Shown: in pieces, positions 1-6,550 of the stretch
How the letters are laid out: the number at the start of each line of letters is the position of its first letter
Position numbering within the stretch: the first letter of the stretch is position 1
Source of the DNA: Hyphomicrobiales bacterium
Lineage (GTDB): Bacteria > Pseudomonadota > Alphaproteobacteria > JAPOUT01
Length of the DNA: 64,000 nucleotides
Reading direction: 5' to 3'
Assembly: GCA_026708545.1 (NCBI GenBank)
Contig: JAPOUT010000054.1
Location: 5,195 to 69,194 of the forward strand
Made by a program: the position numbers and the translations under genes
The notes under the pieces: model-generated
Seen by the model: only the letters and a program-made list of their open reading frames with translations
What the model was told of the DNA's origin: nothing
Database searches by the model: none

Positions 1-285
1 CGGAATAATTATTGCCAGCCTTATCATGAACGGAGTAAGGAGGTAGCCCCATGGCGGGTTTCTAAAACTCAAGCCTCATCACCCGTTCGTCGCTGTATTA
101 CCAAAGACACAATTAACTCTCAACCGACGGCACATAATCTCTATCGTCGGCGCCCGGATTGAAAATACCTCTCGTGCCGGCGTTTCTACAAGCACCGCGC
201 AGCGGTGTATTTTTCGGATTCATTCCAATCAATGCGATGCAAGTATTATTGACATCTTGCGGAAACTACGGCAGGATAATTGCTT

Positions 286-392
286 GGTTCACCAAACCTC
301 CCCGTGAAGTGACCCTTGTCGGGTCGCCCACTGAATAAAATACTGTCCCCACAGAAATAGGTGGGATCCTTCACGGTTTGTTTTGGTGAACC
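286..392. other. Candidate structured RNA element (three-way junction) inside an ORF-free 835-nt region
   Basis: The outer helix pairs GGTTCACC(AAACC) at 286..298 with (GGTTT..)GGTGAACC at 375..392. It is extended by CCGTGAAG 302..309 pairing with CTTCACGG 369..376. Two internal hairpins are present: GACCC-ttgtc-GGGTC at 311..325, and CCCAC-agaaatag-GTGGG at 348..365. No convincing ORF overlaps it. I do not recognise the family. Confidence 0.25.
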
Positions 393-835
393 GACCCGGC
401 GCTCGCTTGGGTAATCGCAACAAACGGAGGTGAAGACTTTCAGAGAAAAACAATCTCTTTGTTTCGGGATGAATTCCTTACCGATATTTCATCCGTTTTC
501 GCTGCGTTTCGTAGAGTTTTGGGCGGCGGAGGGTGTTGGAAGTTTACCAAAAACTCTACGATACGACTTTCGACATTCCTCCGCCGTTCTCAATGTCACA
601 CCGGCGGCAGGATCAGAATCCGGAAAACAACCGTCGGCTGAATCTTATGCAGCAACGCTAACGACAAGAAGCCAACGCACCGTCGGCAATCCTTTTCTCT
701 GAAATTCGCGCATTGTCCCGTTGTGAGCAAGGCGACTTGAGAAACTATGTCAGCAGATAACGGACAGGCGGGTTCGAGAAAACGCGCCTAATGAGCCATG
801 TCGCCGGCAGCGGGCGAATATTCCGAGAAGAAGAC

Positions 836-1444
836 TCATGCCGGCGTTCGTGTGAGTCGATTTGTAATTGAGTAAATAGAGATGACAATAAACAGAATCG
901 GAGGCACATAGTTGTACCATTTGCTTTCCTCGAGCAATCGGGCAACGAAGCCGGACAGAATGGCAACCGCGCCGTTCACCAAAACCCCGCCGATATTGAA
1001 AATAATGCCGTAAAGTATGAAGGTTTCCGTCGGGCTTCCTGCCGGGACGAACTGCGGTAAAAGGCTTAAGAAAAACAGGACGATTTTCGGGTTCGTCAAG
1101 TTGATGAAAAGCCCGCGCACAAACACTCCGTAACCGGAGATTTGCGGAATTGAAAGGTTTGCACCCTTGCGCGGCCAGCTTTGATAAGCGAGATAAAGCA
1201 AATATATCGCGCCGCAAATCTGAATGCCGTTATAAATTCCGGGGTATAGTTCAAAAATAGCGCTTATCCCGAATACCGTCAAAATGACGTAGATGAACAC
1301 ACCCACTTCGATTCCGAGTGCGGCGAGCAATCCCATGCGCACACCGTTGCGCTGAGATTGTTGAAGGACGAACATCATCGCCGGTCCGGGAGTCACGTTG
1401 ATGACAAAAACCGCTATCAGAAAATAGACGAACAGGGAGTCCAT
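836..1444 (-). CDS. LysE/RhtB family amino-acid exporter
   Basis: 202 aa with about six hydrophobic helices. The N-terminus FLIAVFVINVTPGPAMMFV and the later NLTNPKIVLFFLSLLPQFV are typical LysE-family motifs. G+C is lower than in the core genes. Confidence 0.8.
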   Translation of the reverse strand: MDSLFVYFLIAVFVINVTPGPAMMFVLQQSQRNGVRMGLLAALGIEVGVFIYVILTVFGISAIFELYPGIYNGIQICGAIYLLYLAYQSWPRKGANLSIPQISGYGVFVRGLFINLTNPKIVLFFLSLLPQFVPAGSPTETFILYGIIFNIGGVLVNGAVAILSGFVARLLEESKWYNYVPPILFIVISIYSITNRLTRTPA

Positions 1445-1543
1445 GTGGTACGTTTCCTATAGACGTGGAAAGGAGGCTATCGGTTCAACGGGGCGCATGG
1501 GCGAAGTATAGATGGCGTAAAAAAAGAAGTCGAGCCTTTTTCT

Positions 1544-1571
1544 TTGACCTGCAAAATTTGGGGGATAATAT
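1544..1571 (+). promoter_or_regulatory. Candidate sigma70-type promoter (TTGACC-16 nt-TAATAT) facing a hairpin repeat and terminator, with no ORF downstream
   Basis: TTGACC lies at 1544..1549, followed by a 16-nt spacer and TAATAT at 1566..1571. The only thing downstream on the + strand is the 1584..1647 hairpin and the 1672..1707 terminator. Confidence 0.3.
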
Positions 1572-1647
1572 ACTTTATGTCACAAGCCCTGATTCGTCTG
1601 ATTCGTCCATAGTCACTGAAAATTCAACTGAAATTGTGAATCGGCTT
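1564..1647 (+). repeat. Hairpin-forming repeat element, copy L
   Basis: The sequence GATAATATACTTTATGTCACAAGCCCTGATTCGTCTGATTCGTCCAT occupies 1564..1610. The 5' arm AAGCC..GATTC (1584..1597) can pair with GAATCGGCTT (1638..1647). Related copies lie at 2696..2780 (inverted), 48825..48870 and 49181..49208. Confidence 0.6.
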
Positions 1648-1671
1648 GCCTTTAGCCCTGTCCGAGAGAAA

Positions 1672-1707
1672 CCCCCTAGCCAAGAAAGAAGGCTAGGGGG
1701 TCTTTCT
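1672..1707. terminator. Bidirectional intrinsic-terminator-like hairpin
   Basis: CCCCCTAGCC (1672..1681) and GGCTAGGGGG (1691..1700) flank a 9-nt loop. The + strand continues with TCTTTCT and the - strand with TTTCTCTC. It lies 52 nt downstream of the stop of the 1759..2565 (-) CDS. Confidence 0.55.
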
Positions 1708-1758
1708 AGGAGATTATAGACTCAAATATGCAGTCTATAATCCTGATTTACTTAAGCT

Positions 1759-2565
1759 CTATGGTACCCTCGTTGCTCCAAATGCGCCTCTCATTATACC
1801 ATTTTTTCTAAATTCGCCTACAATACCATCATTGTCGTTTCCCATAATTTCGCCACGGATTTCCCCGTCACCTCTTCTGGTTTCATGAATACTATACGGC
1901 TCAACTAAAGGCACATCTTCAAATCCAAAATCTGTTCCCTCTACAGAAAACATAAAATCCAATAAAAACTCATTACCAGGCTTTTTCAAATCAATTGTAA
2001 CATCACCTTCTGCTATTCTACCTTCTTCTCTAAGATTACCTATTACATCACCTGTATATGTTCCTTCTATTAACTCTGCCCGACCCTTTGATAAATCAAA
2101 ATGATTTTCCTCATAACTCCAATCGCCATCTTTGAATAAATCGTATCCAAATCGTGTGGTAACCCCGTCCTTCGTTGTTATCGATTTATCCCAACCTCCA
2201 AATGTTTCATGGGTAGGTAAATTAGGAGAAGGAGGAGGATTGGTAGGAAGATAATCTTCACGGGTTTTACCCTGAGGAAGATTACCATTTTTCCAATGGT
2301 CTCCATCTATATCGGGATCACCACCAGTACCAGGAATGACAGGTTCTTTATCAGGTGTAGGTGCAGGTGGATTATCATTCACAGGTTTGCTTTCCGTATC
2401 TTTCGTTTCACCCTGTGGAAGTTCATCAATTTTGGCAATCTTCGGTTCTGGCTGTGAAGTCGTAGATGTAGACCCTCCGCCACCTAACGCAAACGCTTCT
2501 GGTGCAATAACAGCCAATCCCAATACCATTGGAAGCATTATCGAAATCGTCTTTAAGGTTTTCAT
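1759..2565 (-). CDS. Secreted protein with a Pro/Thr/Asp-rich linker and a C-terminal TbpB/fHbp/hemophilin-like beta-barrel domain
   Basis: 268 aa. The signal peptide MKTLKTISIMLPMVLGLAVIAPEAFA|LG has no lipobox Cys. A low-complexity region spans about residues 27-125. The C-terminal pattern GTYTGDVIG...DVTIDLKK...GEIMGNDNDGIVGEFRKNGIMRGAFGATR resembles the AxYxG...vdF...GxFxG...GaFGAkr barrel signature of the TbpB_B_D family. A strong RBS AGGAGA sits 6 nt before the ATG. The gene is AT-rich. Confidence 0.75.
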   Translation of the reverse strand: MKTLKTISIMLPMVLGLAVIAPEAFALGGGGSTSTTSQPEPKIAKIDELPQGETKDTESKPVNDNPPAPTPDKEPVIPGTGGDPDIDGDHWKNGNLPQGKTREDYLPTNPPPSPNLPTHETFGGWDKSITTKDGVTTRFGYDLFKDGDWSYEENHFDLSKGRAELIEGTYTGDVIGNLREEGRIAEGDVTIDLKKPGNEFLLDFMFSVEGTDFGFEDVPLVEPYSIHETRRGDGEIRGEIMGNDNDGIVGEFRKNGIMRGAFGATRVP

Positions 2566-2608
2566 GTTCGTTCTCCTGCATTAAGTCTATGCATCCCACC
2601 ATATTTAT

Positions 2609-2638
2609 ATTATAGAGATACCCCCCCCCCCCCGTCAA
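2609..2638 (-). promoter_or_regulatory. Near-consensus sigma70 promoter whose spacer is a poly-G tract
   Basis: Read on the minus strand, TTGACG (2638..2633) is followed by an 18-nt spacer of G12 plus TATCTC, then TATAAT (2614..2609). This sits about 44 nt upstream of the ATG at 2565, and an RBS AGGAGA lies at 2577..2572. Confidence 0.6.
2621..2633. repeat. Homopolymeric tract C13 (G13 on the coding strand of the downstream gene)
   Basis: There are 13 uninterrupted C residues at 2621..2633. It is the longest homopolymer I noticed in the window; the others are 7 nt or shorter. Confidence 0.95.
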
Positions 2639-2695
2639 GCAAATAAGGCAAAAATTTCAAAATTTTTTCATTAATTATTGTCCATAAACAAAAAC

Positions 2696-2780
2696 AACCC
2701 CCGAAACCTCGCGATAGACGCTGAAATTCCCGCCATTATGGACGAATCTGGCGAATCGGGGCTTAACTCATATTAGTCGC
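2696..2780 (-). repeat. Hairpin-forming repeat element, copy R (inverted relative to copy L)
   Basis: The reverse complement of 2738..2780 reads GCGACTAATATGAGTTAAGCCCCGATTCGCCAGATTCGTCCAT. It matches copy L at 24 of the last 27 positions. The arms CCCCGA (2698..2704 region) and TCGGGG (2756..2761 region) can pair, and on the minus strand the hairpin is followed by GTTTTTGTTT. It may double as the terminator of the 2773..3021 ORF. Confidence 0.6.
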
Positions 2781-3021
2781 AATCCTCGTCATCCAGCCTT
2801 TCAAAGAAGACCTCCACCATCTCCGGCTGTCCATGCTCGCTTTCGACAATCATAAACCGCCTATTCAAGTCATCCTCGGTCGGTTCGGGCAGCTCGTCAT
2901 CAGTAGGGGATGCAGTCGTCTTCCCACCAGTCCCTCTGCTGCTCTTCCCTCGCTTTCCTGAGGTCACGATTGAATGCAGGATCCCTTCTAACTGCTCCCG
3001 TTGTGTTTTCTTCCGTGTCAC
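2773..3021 (-). CDS. Hypothetical small protein (basic N-terminus, strongly acidic C-terminus)
   Basis: 82-aa ORF with no recognisable family. Its composition is protein-like (MTRKKTQREQLEGILHSIV...EMVEVFFERLDDEDCD). It lies between the MFS gene and the repeat element. Confidence 0.4.
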   Translation of the reverse strand: MTRKKTQREQLEGILHSIVTSGKRGKSSRGTGGKTTASPTDDELPEPTEDDLNRRFMIVESEHGQPEMVEVFFERLDDEDCD

Positions 3022-3083
3022 GCTTGATAAGCTCCTTGTAGGTTATCGTCTTGCCAACCATAGCAGAGAACAACGATACGGCC

Positions 3084-4277
3084 TCAGGCGTAATTTGCGC
3101 CCCCCTTCCCCGCTTTCACATAAATCCACAAAACCGCGGACAGAAACGCCATAAAAATTGCCGTAACCTCAAAAGCAGTACCGAGACCGTGCTGCTCCGC
3201 GATGTTTCCGGCGACAGCAACGCCAAAAGCCATGCCTAAAGACAGGCTGATAAAAGTCATTCCCCACCCGAGTGACAACCTATCATTGTAAATGTGATTG
3301 GCGAAAACCAAACATGCCGAATTTGGAACAATGGAAAAAACACCAAAAACAACCCCTGAAATTAAGATGGAATTCACATTCCACAATTCAAAGATAAAAA
3401 ACGAAATAGATAAAAACAAATATGACACGGCAATCGTGGCAATCACGCCCAACTTGCTTATCAAAAACGCGGTTACCAAAAAGGCGAGCAGGCCCGAAAC
3501 ACCCACCAACGACCAAAAAAGATACGTAAAACTTTTCACACCTAATTCCAAATCAATAAACGATACACTAAAAGTGTAATATACATTGAGGGCTATCCCG
3601 TAAAAAAACGACATGGCAAACAACATTGCCCAGCCTTTCGGAAAAAGTTCCCGTATGCCCTCGGCCAATATGTTTGGCGAAACTTTCGGAGCATGGATTT
3701 TCCCCCAAGGAAGCAGAAAGACGTTCAAGAGCAGCATCGCCAGGGAAATCAGGCTGAAAGAAAACCAGGCGGACTGCCACTCTTCAAGGAATTGATACGC
3801 ACATACCGCACTCAACACCAATCCCGGCGCTCCGCCCGTGCTAACGATGATTGTCACTAAATCGCGTTTGTTTTCCCTTACAGCCTTTCCGATGTATTCA
3901 AAGTAGGCAGGGGGCATAATTCCTGCACCAAGCGATGCCAAAACAATACCCGCTGAAAAGGATAAATAGTCGGGAGAAACCGTGACCAGGGATATCCCGA
4001 TTGTAACAACGCCGCCCCCTGACACGATCAGAAAAATCGGCCTGATTTTATTGGCGTAGAAAACACTCACAAGCGAGACTATGGCATATGCCGTTGTAGC
4101 GGCGCTGGAGAGATAACCTGTGTAAGACAGGGAGAGGTCGTATCTTTCAATAAAAACCGGCAGAAAGAAGCCGTAGGCATACCGCCCGATTCCATACGTC
4201 ACCGCGATGCCAAACACGCTTGGCAACAAAAACAGCCATGGAGAAATTCTTGTTTCTTTTATGCATGCATGGGTCAT
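3084..4277 (-). CDS. MFS transporter, YbfB/YjiJ-like
   Basis: 397 aa with about 12 predicted TM helices. The N-terminal motif GIGRYAYGFFLPVF resembles the YbfB family signature GIGRFAYTPLLP. The gene is AT-rich. Confidence 0.75.
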   Translation of the reverse strand: MTHACIKETRISPWLFLLPSVFGIAVTYGIGRYAYGFFLPVFIERYDLSLSYTGYLSSAATTAYAIVSLVSVFYANKIRPIFLIVSGGGVVTIGISLVTVSPDYLSFSAGIVLASLGAGIMPPAYFEYIGKAVRENKRDLVTIIVSTGGAPGLVLSAVCAYQFLEEWQSAWFSFSLISLAMLLLNVFLLPWGKIHAPKVSPNILAEGIRELFPKGWAMLFAMSFFYGIALNVYYTFSVSFIDLELGVKSFTYLFWSLVGVSGLLAFLVTAFLISKLGVIATIAVSYLFLSISFFIFELWNVNSILISGVVFGVFSIVPNSACLVFANHIYNDRLSLGWGMTFISLSLGMAFGVAVAGNIAEQHGLGTAFEVTAIFMAFLSAVLWIYVKAGKGGANYA

Positions 4278-4356
4278 CTAGAAACTATACGTTCAACAAT
4301 GCCGACTCAATGACTCCTTTTTCCGATGAAAAGGCGTCCATCCTGCCCCATGCGCA

Positions 4357-4974
4357 TCAACTCATCCCGAACAACTCGAAGGTCGTGCTGCCTTTCAAAA
4401 TCTGCGCGCGCATTTCTTCTTCTTTGCTATCAACCTCAACCGCCGCCTGATAGAGACGCTCGGCGATATCGACCGGAATGACGATAACCCCGTCTTCGTC
4501 ACCGACAATGATATCGCCGGGACGAACCGACGTCCCCCCAACCTTAACCTCGATATCAATTTCGCCGGTCTCGCTTCGGGACGCACGGGTCGGATTCGTA
4601 CCGGTTGCAAAAACCGGAAACTTCATCTTCTTCAACTCAACGGTATCGCGAACGGAACCGTCAATCACGACACCTATGGCACCGCGTGTCTGGCAGCAAG
4701 TCGCAAGCAAGTCACCGAAATGCCCAAAGTCGCGACTTCCCTCGGCATCAACCACAAGAACCTCGCCGGGCTGAATCTTGTGCGCCGCCCGGTGGATGCC
4801 TCCGTTTTGTCCGTAACCTACCTTCGCGGTCGCGGCATACCCCGCAACCTTCGCTTCCGGATAGAGCTGCCTGATTGCCGCATCCATCGCGCGCGCTTTT
4901 GGGTCGGCGTTGCAGAGCGTCCCTGTCGGAAATGCCTTGAGGCGCTCGATGACATCTTTGTTTGCATCATTCAT
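4357..4974 (-). CDS. RraA family protein (4-hydroxy-4-methyl-2-oxoglutarate aldolase / oxaloacetate decarboxylase-like)
   Basis: 205 aa. The motifs GDLLATCCQTRGAIGVVIDGSVRD and GDIIVGDEDGVIVIP are typical of the RraA/DlpA fold. Confidence 0.8.
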   Translation of the reverse strand: MNDANKDVIERLKAFPTGTLCNADPKARAMDAAIRQLYPEAKVAGYAATAKVGYGQNGGIHRAAHKIQPGEVLVVDAEGSRDFGHFGDLLATCCQTRGAIGVVIDGSVRDTVELKKMKFPVFATGTNPTRASRSETGEIDIEVKVGGTSVRPGDIIVGDEDGVIVIPVDIAERLYQAAVEVDSKEEEMRAQILKGSTTFELFGMS

Positions 4975-5001
4975 AATTCTACCTTTCTCTAATTTACGAA
5001 T

Positions 5002-5838
5002 CTACGGGTCGGGTTGATCAGACAAAAAGTTTCGTCCTTGTTGAGTCTTCGGCCGATGGAAAAACAACGCTGCATCGGATTGCTCGACCATCTTACCACG
5101 ATGCAAAAATAATATCTCGTCGGCAAGACGCCTTGCCTGTGCGATGTCATGCGTGCTCATAACTATCTTAACGCCCTCGTCATGCATGGAGAGTATCATT
5201 TCCTCGAGCTGCTTGGTAGCGGCGGGGTCAAGATTGGCGGCAGGCTCGTCCAAAAGAAGAAGTTCGGGACGCAACACCCATGCGCGCGCCATCGCGAGCC
5301 TCTGCTGTTCGCCGCCCGACAACAGCGTTGCCGGGCGTTCCGCGTATTCGACAAGGTTGGCCACCTCAAGGGCGACATCGGCGCGCTCGTTGGCATCATG
5401 CTTGGAAAGCCCGTGAAGGGCGAGCGGATAAAGAATATTGGCGCGCACCGATCTCCTCATCATCACGGGTCTTTGAAACACCATCGCCTGAAATCGCAGT
5501 TGCGCGTCTTTGAGCGCGCTTCCCCCGGGAAGCGGAGGGCGCTCCTGTCCGGCGTTGGGGCCGCACCAACGAAGAGAGCCTTGCGAGGGTCGCAACAATC
5601 CGTGAACGATTCGAAGCAACAAGGATTTGCCGGCGCCGTTCGCGCCAAGCACAACCGTGCGCTTGCCGTGCTCAAGGCGAAAGCTAAGCCTCTCAAGAAG
5701 CACCCGCCCGTTGGTTTGATAACAGATATCCGTGCACTCGAGGGGAAGGATGGACGCGCTTCGGCGCACCACGCCCGTGGGAGCGATGCAATCTGACCGC
5801 TTCCTTTGCGTTGAAAGTTTTTGTAGGGTTGCTCTCAT
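5002..5838 (-). CDS. tupC: ABC transporter ATP-binding protein (tungstate/oxyanion TupC-like)
   Basis: Walker A is GANGAGKS, the signature is LSGGEQQRLAMA and Walker B is LLLLDEP. The start is uncertain: the ATG at 5838 gives a ~28-aa N-terminal extension, and GTG codons at 5772 or 5769 are alternatives. Confidence 0.8.
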   Translation of the reverse strand: MRATLQKLSTQRKRSDCIAPTGVVRRSASILPLECTDICYQTNGRVLLERLSFRLEHGKRTVVLGANGAGKSLLLRIVHGLLRPSQGSLRWCGPNAGQERPPLPGGSALKDAQLRFQAMVFQRPVMMRRSVRANILYPLALHGLSKHDANERADVALEVANLVEYAERPATLLSGGEQQRLAMARAWVLRPELLLLDEPAANLDPAATKQLEEMILSMHDEGVKIVMSTHDIAQARRLADEILFLHRGKMVEQSDAALFFHRPKTQQGRNFLSDQPDP

Positions 5839-6550
5839 GGACCTGCTTATTGATGCCTCCGCCTCGGCGATTCGCCTGATTGTCTCGGGTGACGGCGACC
5901 TGATCGAGATTCTACTGCTATCCTTCTATGTGAATTTGACCGCGGTTGCAATTGCAATGGCTCTCGCGATGCCCTTCGGCGCGTTGCTCGTGTTCGTGCG
6001 CTTCCCCGGACGGCGGCTCGTAATCGTCCTGCTGAACGCGGCAATGGGATTTCCTCCCGTAGTCGCGGGGCTGATTGTTTACATCGCCCTGTCACGCTCG
6101 GGTCCTTTGGGTGTGCTCGGATGGCTCTATACACCTGCAGCAATGATCCTCGTCCAAGTATTCCTTATCTTCCCCATTATAGCAGCACTAACACGCAGAG
6201 ACATCACCGAACTTTGGGAAAATTATCAAGAACAATTGTTATCTTTTGGCGTTGGGCCCGTCCGCGCCGTGCAAACAATGCTCTGGGAGGCGCGTTTTTC
6301 GCTGGCAACCAGCGTACTCGCGGGCCTGGGGCGTGCAAGTGCCGAAGTCGGCGGCGTCATGATCGTCGGCGGAAACATCAACCACCACACCCGCATCATG
6401 ACAACCGCCATCGCCTTGGAGACGAGCAAAGGCCAGCTCGCCCTGGCGCTGGCGCTGGGGATGATTCTGCTGGTAGTCTCGCTCGGCGTCAACGCGCTGG
6501 TCGTTCTGGTGGAAGAACGTCGGCGGCGGATTTGGGTGTCAAACTCATGA
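5837..6550 (+). CDS. tupB: ABC transporter permease (TupB-like)
   Basis: The start MDLLIDASASAIRLIVSGDGDL is followed by NAAMGFPPVVAGLIVYIALSRSGPLG, a typical permease core. The stop overlaps the next gene's ATG (ATGA at 6547..6550). Confidence 0.8.
   Translation: MDLLIDASASAIRLIVSGDGDLIEILLLSFYVNLTAVAIAMALAMPFGALLVFVRFPGRRLVIVLLNAAMGFPPVVAGLIVYIALSRSGPLGVLGWLYTPAAMILVQVFLIFPIIAALTRRDITELWENYQEQLLSFGVGPVRAVQTMLWEARFSLATSVLAGLGRASAEVGGVMIVGGNINHHTRIMTTAIALETSKGQLALALALGMILLVVSLGVNALVVLVEERRRRIWVSNS

Noticed and set aside
249-280. TTGACA at 249..254 as the promoter of the three-way-junction element
   Set aside because: The best -10 candidate GATAAT is 20 nt away, which is too far. The hexamer at 17 nt (CAGGAT) is poor. 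I do not consider the promoter supported.
430-702. 90-aa ORF in the structured non-coding region
   Set aside because: Its GTG start overlaps the only SD-like sequence. The internal ATG has no RBS. The composition and predicted peptide show no protein-like features, and the region is better explained by RNA structure.
1564-2780. Integron gene-cassette/attC interpretation of the hairpin repeats
   Set aside because: attC sites sit in one orientation at the 3' end of successive promoter-less cassettes. Here the two copies are inverted relative to each other, the bracketed gene has its own strong promoter, no GTTRRRY core is evident and no intI is in the window.
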